This document shows, piece by piece, positions 37,955 through 49,682 of a stretch of DNA of 64,000 nucleotides. The translations under genes and the position numbers were made by a program. Source of the stretch: Owenia fusiformis (taxonomy: Eukaryota). The DNA lies in assembly GCA_903813345.2 (NCBI GenBank), contig CAIIXF020000001.1:38626001-38690000 (forward strand), given 5' to 3'. The first letter of the stretch is position 1, and every line of letters begins with the position of its first letter. The notes below the pieces were generated by a model that made no database searches, was not told the origin of the DNA, and was given only the letters and a program-made list of their open reading frames with translations.

Positions 37955-39159
37955 GGGTCAACCCAGTTGTCCGAAACCCAGTTGTCCGAAACCCAGTTTT
38001 CCGAAACCCAGTTGTCCGAAACCCAGTTCTCCGAAAATTAGGGGATCTTATTTGAAAAATACAATTTTTTTAAACGAATCTCGTTGTCGCAACCTCTGCG
38101 AATCACAACATAACATTAGAATAACGTTTACATCATTGCAAAATTAGGCTAAATATGCTAAGTCAAGACGTTAATTCTTTAATGTTTAGCCTACGAAAGT
38201 TCATATACAGGTGATATAGATGTTCAAACAAACAGAGTTAAATTATGTTATTCTCATTGTAAAATGGCGTTTACACAACATACATAGATAGGGGTCTACA
38301 ATTTTTAAACCAATTTTCTTTATGGCCTTTGGGCCTTTTTTGAGAGGAAACAACATTTTTCCAATGGGTGATGAGCGTTCATAAAAGGAAAAATAGCTTT
38401 CCCAAGCCAGTGGGCATTTATTTAGTAAAGTTGACATGTACATCTTTTGAAACCAAAACTTATTCTTCATTTACGTACTCTGTTCGAGAAATAGAGATTA
38501 AATTAAAAGGATGAAGAGAGTACATGGCGAAAATGAAACTTCTTGTGAATGGGAGAACATCCATTTTGATACGAGGACAGCCTGCCTTCGTTTCCAGTTG
38601 ATCCCAAGTGATTAAGTTAAGAATGTTTTGTTCTTTTACGATTTGATAAAATACAGAGACTAAGAAATTAAATGCGACGAAATATTTTGACTACGTAATA
38701 TGTATACTGTTTTATTCTTAAAATACTATATGCGTAAACTTATTTTATCTGTTTCAAAATGATTCATTTTATTTTGCCTATATAAAAGAGATTGAAGAAG
38801 ATAAGATAAACTGTTCCGTAATATATATTGTGTTTTGATAACCTTTTTTTAGAATCACAATGTAAAATAAATCCCCCGTTCCTGCCATTCTGATAACGCG
38901 TGCAATGGATGCAATTCAAAGTGAGAGAGAGAGATCTATGAACATCAGAATGCGTCCATGATGCCATTAATTTGGCCAAATACATTGCATGAAACTGGCC
39001 TAAGCTTTGTACGTCTCCCCTTTCTCTGGTAAATTATGACTATATTTTTCGGAGTAATGGGTTTCGGACAAGTGGGTTTCGGACAACTGGGTTTCGGAGA
39101 ACTGGGTTTCGGACAACTGGGTTTCGGAGAACTGGGTTTCGGACAACTGGGGTGCACCC
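37955..39159. mobile_element. Mutator-like MITE with inverted arrays of 15-bp subterminal repeats
   Basis: (CCCAGTTGTCCGAAA)x5 at left, reverse complement x7 at right; GGGT...ACCC termini; TSD degenerate. Confidence 0.8.
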
Positions 39160-39218
39160 AATATTCATTCTATACAACTATATTTTTAATTCTATTAATT
39201 TCATCATTCTCACATCGC

Positions 39219-39444
39219 GGCCATGGTATTCCATGATGTAATTTCATCTTACTATCCCAATAAATTCTGCATTTGTTTACAAAACGCATGATGTGCCGCA
39301 AGGTCATTTGGGGTCAAAAATGGCATTGAGTGGCCATGGTATTCCATGATGTAATTTCATCTTACTATCCCAATAAATTCTGCATTTGTTTACAAAACGC
39401 ATGATGTGCCGCAAGGTCATTTGGGGTCAAAAATGGCATTGAGT
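39219..39444. repeat. Exact 113-bp tandem duplication
   Basis: GGCCATGGTATTCC...GGCATTGAGT at 39219-39331 and 39332-39444. Confidence 0.92.
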
Positions 39445-42096
39445 GAGGTGGTAGTGACTACCGTCATTGACATTCCTTTTTTCAAAGGTTGAATGGTCAA
39501 AACTAGGTCAACACTAACCATTTGAGATTTGACATGCATACACTTGTCTTGCTATTCCTTATGATACTATTTGTTGGTTTTCACTCAACCGCAAACTTGA
39601 ATTTATGAAATTAATGAGGGCAATCAATTTTACTGATTTTAAAAGTAACCATGCTTTCCCCTTTGTTGTTGTGATTTCAAGAATGCAAGTTTTTTGTAAA
39701 ACTGGTTCTGGTTGATATATCTTACCTAGCTATGTGTGAATATACGATAAAGATGTTACCTTCAAATCTCATTTCCCCGTGTGACGAATCAGAGTTCAGA
39801 GCGCCTTTTAGATTTCCTAGTGTGAGCATTATATAAAATGTCAAAAGTCGGACCCAGCAGATGGGCTGATTGAACGACTTATGTGTGTCATTTACCATAT
39901 TTGTTGCCCTCAAATGCTGCATTAACTAGTTGTGCTCGGGGCTTTCTCCAGTTTTGAAAAAATGTAGCAAACATACTGTAGATTGATTTAATTATAAACG
40001 ATTATTTATCATTTAGGTACTATGATTGATTAATGTTATTTAAAGGGATTCTGTTTTGAATGAATCTTGGCACAGAAGCCACTAAATGTAAATATAACTT
40101 GTCAAAAACATGTCGCATTATAGAATATGAAGCTTTATTATGCAATTACTATATTTATTATTATACATTTTAGAATTATTATTACTTCACAAAAAATCAA
40201 ATGTATATTAACCGAATGCTGTATGACATAAACAAAAAAAAACATCGTGATGTCATAAAAAACATCGAGACATGGGTTTTTACATGCCTTTCGAGCTGTC
40301 TAGAGCGATCTGAACACGCCAAGCTAGACGTTGACGCCAACACCATGAGGTCGTGAGGATGGGATCACCTCATTATACCGACGCGTATTATACCGACGTG
40401 CATTATACCGAAACCTATTATACCGACGCGCATTGTGCCGAAAAGGCCTACCGATTCGCGTTGTACCGAAATCCGTGCCAGTGGGACGCCACATTGCCTT
40501 AACCCATCAGTTTTATGACGTGCACTTCCGCGTGGGACTATATCTTTACAGCGGGAATTTCAAGTTTTTGTCAGTGTAGACATAAAAAGTTGCAGTCCTC
40601 ATACTCGCGCGTTTTTCAATATTTTCATTTGAAACTCGCTAGAACTGTGCTTTGAATCTAGCTCTATACACTTTCAAAACGTGATTATGTACATGTATGA
40701 CAGTGCACAGTAACATTATATAGGCATAGAATAATAAAAGTGGAGCCTGAAAACTTTTTAATATGAGACTGGATGTTAATCTGTTGTTTATATATTCATA
40801 TTCAATTAAAAGTTTATCGCGCAAAAACATATTTTCAGATAAAGCTTAATTTAAAATCTTTGAACATCTTTACATCTCAGTTGCGGCCAGAATTTTTTTA
40901 ACTGATGCTAGGCGTTTCGGATTGAGGGGTCGTCTCAACAAACTTAATTCCAGTTAACCATCAATTTCTGTATTTCATAGAGGATGAAGTCATAATTCTG
41001 TTATTTATGTTTGATTATTGTAAACCCTGTACTTCATATAATATATTTAACTGTGGTAAATTCTGTATTCAATGAAGTAAACATTTATTTATACTGTATT
41101 GTTTTATTGGTAGAAATAAATACTTGTGCTATTAAATATAAAGTTTCACATTTCTTATTGAACTTGATAATTACTGTATTTTCGATCTTGTGCTGATGGG
41201 ACCAAAAATTGAGAGAGAGCAAGATATGTTGTCATGGAGATAGTAAGAAACGCATTCATTTGTTTTACTTTAAATCTTTCCAAATCCAAGTGTGATTTTT
41301 ATCAATGTGTGCCTCAATGATCCCATTAATTCTGAAGTTATTTCATTTTCTAACCATTTCACAAACATTTCTTTTCATATACTACTTCTAAATTGGCATC
41401 ATTTCCATGTTTAAATTGCTTATAGTTTTTGGCTACTGATATTATCTCTATCATCAGTTTTCATTCCACAAACGAAATATCAATTATTTTGCCCAATATT
41501 TCAGTTTCATTATTTTGAAACATTGAATACATGTTTTAATTGGCAGTTTAAAATGCAGCTCATTAACTAAGTCCACTATTCAGCGCCCCTTTAATATCTA
41601 TTTAGGGGCAAATCAATACTAGACTTAGCAGGTCATCTGATTCTCAATTTGATTTTGATTTGAATTGATTCTCAATTGGGACCCATAGTGAATTTGCTCC
41701 ACCGTTCTTGGTTGAGTTTAAGTCATGGCTCTAATTGGTACAAAAATTAAGCTACCCACGAATGGTGTTTTTCTTCCGGGGCCTTGCCATAACTAACGAA
41801 AACAATGGTGTGGACATTTCTGGATTATTTCCGGTGTTTCCTTTTGTTGCTAGGCTACCTCATTTCTCAAAGTATCCTGTGCCAAATGCTGTACCGATAT
41901 TGCAGCTATGTGTGTTGTGTTTTCAAGTGTTATTTTATATATGTTCGACAAATCGAATTATGGTTTTGATACTATCTAGATGTATTTATTAGTATCTATA
42001 TGTCTCGTTCATTCATTTGACCAGACCAATAAAAATCATAACTGTCTTGAAAGTAATATGAATAAAGTATGTAAATAAATGAATTAAAACGTCAAA

Positions 42097-42479
42097 TTAA
42101 GAAGCAAAAGTCTTTTCTGGGTCACTGCGAATGGCATGATTTCCTCGAGTCTCTTCAGTTGCAAGGCAACCATACTGGGACCGATTCGCGTCGTTCCACT
42201 ACTGCCCTTGGTGGGGGCCCGCTACCATACTATATGACTCCCGGAGTTTACTAAAGCACGTTAGTGGAGGAACCAACCACAGTCTCACAATCTGTCTCCG
42301 GCAAGAGCGGCCAGAGAACCAACCCATGCCAAGGGCCGGTAAACGGTTGGACCTTCGGACCGGGTGTCCGTAGTGACAATGATCAACAACTCCGTACCTG
42401 GGGCTCGAACGCGGGACCTCCGTATCCCACGACGTTCAACCGCAAAGTAGCCTCAGTCTACGCCACTAGGCTACCCTGC
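42097..42479 (-). mobile_element. tRNA-derived SINE
   Basis: Minus-strand head with Pol III A box TAGCCTAGTGG and B box GTTCGAGCC, followed by about 290 bp of GC-richer body; 3' boundary approximate. Confidence 0.7.
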
Positions 42480-43057
42480 TTAGGTGTCAAAACTGCTAAA
42501 AAATAATGTAGTTGTTACAATTATTTGCTTGGATAAACATGATATTACATTTCTTAATTGATTAATCTGATTTAGTTGGAATCGAAGTTTGACCAACGAT
42601 CAAGGCAATGCAATCAACAACTCTTGCAAATGTGAACGGAAGTCGTAAAGACAGAAAGTACAAGAATCGTGATCAATGTAAAGTATAATATATTTAAGAC
42701 ACATCTTTGAATATCGGGTAGGAGAAACATTCCAAAATGAAGAAGAATCATTTAGAACATTTGATTTGTTGCCAATTTATCAATTGCGTCTCAAATGAAT
42801 GAAATAAAAGGTATCGCGGGCCACTAAAGGTAAGTGAATAGGTTTGTGTAGATACCTCGAGGAAAATAAGCTATTTCGACGCTTGAAATAATCTGATTAC
42901 GCTTATTAATAATTACGCGTGGCTATTAAACATATCCACAGTGACATCTATATGAAAACCAAGTACAATCAGTATCGAGTAATTTTTGGAACGTGAAGGA
43001 CGTACTCCAGGCAGCTTGGTGAGTAAAATTTATTTTGAGGGTATGACGGCCCTCCGT

Positions 43058-43373
43058 GCTTTTGGGAAGCACGCATGGACCTTTAGATGCCACAAGGGGC
43101 ATTCTAGGTTGAACACGCTTTGGGAGTGTGGAGAGATATATGCCTTGGGGGCGATATTGCTTTTGGGAAGCATGCATGGAATTTTAGAGGCCATAAGGGG
43201 CACTCTAGGTTGAACACACTTTGGGAGTGTGTAGAGATATATGCCTTGGGGGCGATATTGCTTTTGGGAAGCATGCATGGAATTTTAGAGGCCATAAGGG
43301 GCACTCTAGGTTGAACACACTTTGGGAGTGTGTAGAGATATATGCCTTGGGGGCGATATTGCTTTTGGGAAGC
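43058..43373 (+). repeat. 101-bp tandem repeat (about 3.1 units) in the 5' leader of the retrotransposon
   Basis: GCTTTTGGGAAGC at 43058, 43159, 43260 and 43361; units 2 and 3 appear identical. Confidence 0.92.
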
Positions 43374-44061
43374 TTGAATCATGGAAAGGTCATAGCTAAG
43401 AGATGCATAAGGGCATCCACCCTTTGGGAGGGTAGATATGTTTTCAGTTTGGTAAGGACATAGCGAATAGGTGCATAAGGGCACAATGTTTGGAATTTGA
43501 GAGAGAGTTATTATATGCTTTGAGGCAACAATGATAATGGCACGAACTTGGAGATCGTGCATTGTTCTTGGGTGCGTAATTTGCTAAATTGGGACGACAT
43601 AATATTTTGGTATTTACACGCATGGATGGGTTGTTTGCGTTATAATACGAGGTCAATATTGTGGTGTAAATCTCAAGGACTTATCGGGTTGATTGAGTTG
43701 AGTTGAGTTGATTGAGTAATTATTGCGCACAAAAGGAACGACTCTCATTGGTTGGAGGGGAGTATTCATTCATATATAGTAATTGGCATGAGTGAGTAAA
43801 TTCAATGAATGAGACACGAATGTTTGGCACGCTGATACACGAGTTTCATGATTTCGTAGGAAAGCTCAAGATTGTGATATTGGTAAGTTTGCTTGGTTAT
43901 CGTTAGATACTCTTAGATTATATACATGGAACTTGAATACAAAACTTATTTGGCAGATGTATACGACTTGTATATTTAGATATCACAATGGAAGAATAAG
44001 AATTGTGATGTTTAGGATGAAATACCGGGTAAAACATAACTTTGAAATATATTTGCAGAGA

Positions 44062-45245
44062 ATGGCAAAGGATACAATACTGAAAGACAGGCATGAAATT
44101 CGGGCGGATTTATTGTGCACCTCGATAAAGTGGGTGAGGGATGTGGAACCAGAAGTGGTTAAGAAAGGCGGAGTTGACGTACACTCCATGACAATGGCGC
44201 AGTTGGAAGGTAAGACTACTTGAATACATAAAGGATGACAGTGAGATATATTAGAGTACGGGTGTATACTCGCTTCTCATACTTATTATGAGCTGAAAAG
44301 ATTTCTTCGGAAAAATTATGTTTGTTAGTTGAAATGTTATCATGAGGAATTGTACGTTGTTTTGATTTGTTGCTTGATTTGAACGTTCTACCAGTAGCAT
44401 GATGGTGTAGTCAGACGCATATGTTTGGTTTTCGTATTTATTTTATTTGGTTGTCGACAACGTTTACACATCACTATTGTGCAATGAAGGTGTAGTCTAC
44501 GTTAAAGGATACTGAGTTATTGTTATTTGTAGAAAACTGGAATAATCTTTGTGAGGAACCAGGGTTTGGTGAACTGTTGGCAATGGCGGGGAAACCGACA
44601 GCAACGGAAGCGGAACAGAAGAATGCTATTAATATAGCGGTGTTATTGGCTAACGATAAAGGTCAGCCCAAGGGACAGAAGATCTCGGTGAGTGAGAATA
44701 GAAATTGAAATGTACATGATCAAAGAACATCACATGCGTACGTTTACGTTTAAAATTTAAGAAGACTGTACAATGTATAGATTAGTTTTTGTTAGAATGA
44801 TAAGTGGCAAAGGGAGATAATTTGTGTATCGTGCACACGTTTCAAAACATCATACATGAGTAATGTGAGTTTATTCAAATATGTTGAGGTTGTGAGGGGT
44901 TATGTTAATTCATTTTTCAATGTGTTATAGGTGGCAGTAAGGACAAAGGCGACTCCAGGTACGTCGGCGGGGTCTAGCAAGACGTCAAGAATGGAGACGC
45001 CACCGTCTGCGGACAATGATCTAGCATCGTTGAAGAGAAAGATAGAAGGATAGAAGAACTGGAGGGCAAGGAGAAGGAGAAAAAGGAGAAGAAGGTGTAT
45101 GCAGAAGGAAGTTAACAACTCTGAATTGATTTCAAGATTGTGCGATCTGACTGAACTGGCAAAGAAGACAAAGCATAAGGACCATGGTCTTTTTAAGGGG
45201 GTATCAAAGTATGCGTCCAAATACTCAGATCGACTGATTTGTTAA
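44062..45245 (+). pseudogene. Spliced ORF1 (gag position) of the retrotransposon: exons 44062-44209, 44533-44687, 44931-about 45245
   Basis: GT-AG junctions join in frame (phase 1 then phase 0): MAKDTILKD...MAQLE-ENWNNLCEEPG...GQKIS-VAVRTKATPGTS...DLASLKRKIE. The third exon is broken by an 8-bp GATAGAAG duplication and a further shift. Gag identity inferred from position only. Confidence 0.6.
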
Positions 45246-45409
45246 AGGCATACCGTTTACTTTGTTAGTTGTATATAGTTATATCTTGAAGTTACTACAT
45301 GTATAGTCCATGGGACACTGATCCTTAGTGAAATTATTTCACGCGGACTGTGTGTGTAGAAATTTCATTATCATTCGAGGGTGAGTGATGTCTGACTAAT
45401 TTCCTGTAG

Positions 45410-47593
45410 AGTGATTCAAGTTCGTTTAGCAGAGGATGTGTACCTCAATGGGAGTTAGAGGCTAATTTCCATCCTGGTTTAGTGGATATAAGAAATTCGT
45501 CAGAATCAACCAAACTTTCGAATGGTGATGAGATTTCTCCACGCATAGTTCGTGAGCATTTACCATCTGCAGAAAATGTTATAGATGGCTATGTCAGCCA
45601 GTTTGATTATAGTAAGTTGCCTATTTGGGATCCTAAATAGTTTGTGGCAGGGAGGTTACACAGCTTAGTGTTTAGAAAGAAATGGGAAAATCTCTTTATA
45701 GATTATCTGGGGAATGATCCGAATATTATGAACTGGTTGTGTAATGGAGTGGACATTTCAGAATACTTTGTACACTTTAAGGGCTCTTTCAAGGGGGAAG
45801 CATATGATAGTGATACACCCCCAAGAAATTTCTTTAGAAATGCTGAAAGTTGTATACCGTTTGTGGATTTTATAGCTAAAACATTGGAAGATAAAATAAA
45901 AACGGGTGCTATTAAACTTCTGGGAAGGCTTGGGGAATGCCAAATGCCACATGTTGTCATGCCTTTGTTAGTAGAACCGTCAAAACCACGTTTATGCCAC
46001 GATGACCGTTATATCAATTTATGGATGAGGGACATGCCTTTTACATTAGAAAGACTTAGGGAGGTGCCAAGAATGATCGAGAGGGGTGCTGTATTGTTTA
46101 GCTGAGACGATAAAAGTGGATATGACCATGTCCTGCTGTCTGAGAGTTCTCAAATGTATTTTGGGATTGTGTTTGGGGAGTGGGTCATGGTATATAGAAC
46201 TATCCCATCTGGTTGGAAATTGAGTCCGTATGTATATCATCAGTCACTCGGGATGGTGGTTACCTCATACTTGAGATCCCTCCAAATAAGCACAATGCAA
46301 TACGTTGATGATCGGCCATTTGTGGTCAATAGGAAACCCAGTGAAGTGGAAGAAGAGTTTTTGAAGATATTGTCAGATCTTGGTTATACATTAGCTATAC
46401 GAAAGTGTAATTTTCAGCCTACAATGTGTTTGAGATATCTTGGTTTTTTCATCGAATCCGAGCCAATGTGTTTTCATCTTCCAACTGATAAGGAGATTTT
46501 GTTTGGAATTCATGTCCTATATACTATCAAAGAAAAAGTTGATATCAGTGTCCTGTAACGCTGGGTATGTTAATGCATCTCCATGATGCTGGTAGTCCCA
46601 GGGACCAAGATGTATACAAAAGTAGCAAATAATTCACTTTCTAAAGCAATGAGAAATAGTAAATTGGTCGAAATGTCTGATGACTTATTTAGAGAAATTC
46701 AGTACTGGAAGTCTTTGGAAGATTGGGGAAGGGTATGTTCCCTGGAGAAAAGAGTGTCACAAAAATCTGGTTCTTGCCTCGGACTCTTCACTATATGCGT
46801 ATGGTCTGGTTCTAGGGGAGTCAATTCCAGGACAAGAAAATCAGGGTGTCATATCTGATTATTAGGAAGGTGACGACTCCCGTCCAATCCATCTTAAAGA
46901 AGCACATGCTTTTTAAACGGTGTGAATGCATTGCCAAGTGAACTGCAGAATTGTATAGTCAGGATCATGGTTGATAACCAGCCAGTAGTCCAGTCGTGGA
47001 ATAATGGTGGCTGTAAATCGTTGGAATTGAATGACATATTGAAATCTTTTTTCATGGTTTGTCTAGAAAAGAATATAGATCTAAGTCTGTCCAGAATATC
47101 AACAACAAACAATCCCGCTGATATGCCTTCAAGAAGGCTTTCAAACATGGACGCAATGTTGCAGTCGGGAATTTGGGCGATAATTGAACACCATTTTGGG
47201 CCTCATTCAGTTGATCTCATGTCATTAGATTCCAATAGTTTGGTCGATCGTCATTTTACGCCGTCTCCGCTTCCGAAATCATCGGGGGTAGATGTATTCA
47301 GTCAAAAGATAGAGACTGAGGCTAATCCTTATGTCTTTCCTCCTTTCTGTATGGTACTTCCAGTTACAAGATATTTGGTTGAGAGAAAAGTTCAAAGATA
47401 TACTATTGTTGTGGCCGAGAGATTTTCATTAGATCCCTGGTGGCCAGTGTTAAATACGTATCCGGTGTCTAAAATATTTTTGGCAGGAATCTGCTCAAAT
47501 GAGGCACTGTTGTACCCAAGTAAAAGGGAATTTATTAAAGATCAGTATGGCTTGAAATTCAATTTGTTGGCATTCAGAGTGTCCATGTCATGA
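45410..47593 (+). pseudogene. Retrotransposon pol: reverse transcriptase, RNase H and DIRS-type adenine-methyltransferase-like domain, disrupted
   Basis: RT motifs KPRLCHD, DDKSGYDH, IPSGWKLSPYVY, QYVDD; RNase H motifs LASDSS, MVDNQ, NPADMPSR; MT-like GPHSVDLMSLDSN...YVFPPF; several in-frame stops and frameshifts. Confidence 0.9.
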
Positions 47594-47639
47594 ACAAACG
47601 TTTTCCTGTCTTGTATGCTTTCGGGCATGGTTAGATGGC

Positions 47640-48819
47640 AAACCAATATATCTAAGTGAAATAGATGGTAGAATTAAGGAAATTGAGAAAAATGCGTCCG
47701 AAAAAGGATATGTAAGGAAGTCAACAAAGCTGTTTTAAACATTTCAGACATTTTTGGTTTGTATTAGGTTAGATGTATCGCGCTCATAGTGTGGGTCCAA
47801 ATGAAGTGAAGAGATTTTTGGTGTACAAGGATTCGTTTGGAAAGACAAAAGTTTATGAGCCAAGTTGTGCATTTTTGGGGAAAAAGCTCAGGGAGATATA
47901 CATTATTGTTGCCCTACACGATTAGCATCGGGGACGTTAGAGGGTATGGTACATCAGTTAGCTAGAGAATTCTTCCTTATTGGGAGGGGGAATCCTGGAA
48001 TTGTGCTCTCGGTGATGGGAATCCTGCCAGATTACCTTATGTTAAACAGTAAAGATTTTGAAAGAGGGTCATGAGAAAGGTCACGTTATTCCTAAACAGG
48101 CAAAACCCATATTCAGGTCAAAAATTAGGAAGATCATGGGATTTATTGATCGAGAGCTACAGGTTATAGATTTGAGCAATACATTGAGATACATTTTGTT
48201 GAGAGATCTAGACCAGGCGTTTTTCAAGTTACAGTTTCTAGTGGGTGACAGGGCTGGGGTTTTATCCCATTTAAAATCTCAGGAAATAACCAAACTGGGC
48301 GATGGTTCAGGATTCTGTATTTCTCTAAGCTTTGGTAAAACATTGTGTGGAGGAAGAGCAACATATTTGTCTTGAGAAAATGTGAGGACAAGATTATGTG
48401 TCCGGTAAAGGGATTAGAAGATTATGTTAAAGTTATGAAAAGTGAAGGGGTGGATTTATCAGTTGGGTATCTTTTTCGGCCAATGTCAAATTCGGGTATA
48501 ATATTGGAGGAACCGTTGAAGTATAATGCTATTCATGATCGTCTGAAATATTATCTAGCAACGTTAGGTTTGGATGAAGGGGAGACCCCCCATAGCTTGA
48601 GGGTAGGATGTGCATTAACAATGGTACATGTACTTCCCGGGGCTGCAACATCCTCCTCGGAGGTGATGCGTCACGTAGGTTGCTTCACAGATGAAAGCGT
48701 ACAATATTATACATGGGTAGGATTGCTAAAAGATTCTGAGCTAGAGTGTATCCAGTAGATTGGCAAAAGCTGTTGTAAATAATGACGAGCCAGAAAATAT
48801 TTTTAAGGCAACATACTAA
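47640..48819 (+). pseudogene. Retrotransposon tyrosine recombinase, disrupted
   Basis: Catalytic signature across frames: GDRAG (R), GKT (K), CPVKGL, GYLFRP, HSLRVG (HxxR), MRHVG...QYY (H, Y). Boundaries approximate. Confidence 0.88.
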
Positions 48820-49682
48820 ATCTGTGCCAGCGTTTCAGCCATAAATTGTTTTTTGTAATAGTGTATGTGATGTATTGTAAAATAAATGTATTAATTATGT
48901 CACTATGTTAATTTTGAGTTTGGAATCATAAAGTTATAAATGAGAGTAAAATATTTTCGTTATTTAAGTATTGGGAGGAGAGAAGAGAATAAAAGTTTTA
49001 TGTCACCACCAGAAGTGGTGACATATTGTATCATGATGCATGATATATCGAGTATATGCATACGCAACTGACATTTTGCCCCAAACCTTAATGTGAAGTA
49101 CTGTTCGAAGTATATATGTCACTGTGGGAAGGGTACTATCCACAGTGACATCTATATGAAAACCAAGTACAATCAGTATCGAGTAATTTGTGGATTCGTG
49201 GAAGGGACTTTGTACCTGCTGGTGGAGGTGTTGTGAGTGTTTGTATATGTTGATTAACTCACAGTAGTTAGTAATTGACATATTTTCCCGGCCCACCCAC
49301 CCATGTTTGGGCATATGAAATAGATGGATGTGATCTAAACTGATCGGTACTTCACACAACATTTTGCCCCAAACCTTAATGTGAAGTACTGTTCGAAGTA
49401 TATATGTCACTGTGGGAAGGGTACCAAGTGTTGTGTAGAACAAAAACAAGAAAACTGAACGACCTATTAAGGAACTGTACTTCAGTTTCAAAGTGTTCAA
49501 GATATTTCCGCATGTTCAAAAACACAAAATTTATATTTTAGGCTATCCATATTTTGTCAAATATCTTTATTTCATATTACAGGGAAAACATAATCATGTT
49601 TCCGAAAAGAATTTACACTCGCTACTCAAAATGAGGCACGGACACAAGTACAGAGAATAGCCTAGTGAAGGCATCTATCTAA

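Larger units (their letters stand above)
42933..49424 (+). mobile_element. Full-length tyrosine-recombinase retrotransposon (DIRS order, PAT-like) with split direct repeats A1...B1-A2..B2
   Basis: A1 42933-42985 equals A2 49137-49189 (53 bp); B1 49071-49136 equals B2 49359-49424 (66 bp); internal RT, RNase H, methyltransferase-like and YR remnants; no TSD, as expected for YR integration. Confidence 0.93.

Noticed and set aside
38945..39236. PKPSC / GFGQL pentapeptide-repeat ORFs (similarly 52378-52644)
   Set aside because: Translations of 15-bp subterminal transposon repeats.
42390..42479. tRNA gene
   Set aside because: A and B boxes are present but I could not fold a convincing cloverleaf, and it runs into a longer body; better explained as a SINE head.
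42926..43562. Cluster of overlapping ORFs
   Set aside because: Frame-rotating translations of the 101-bp repeat; no hammerhead ribozyme core (CTGANGA...GAAA) seen in the unit either.
45644..48758. Prophage integrase or bacterial retron contamination
   Set aside because: The RT-RNaseH-MT-YR order with split direct repeats is diagnostic of a eukaryotic DIRS-order retrotransposon.
49003..49500. 165-aa minus-strand ORF
   Set aside because: Spans the non-coding B1-A2-B2 repeats; its internal peptide repeat simply mirrors repeat B.
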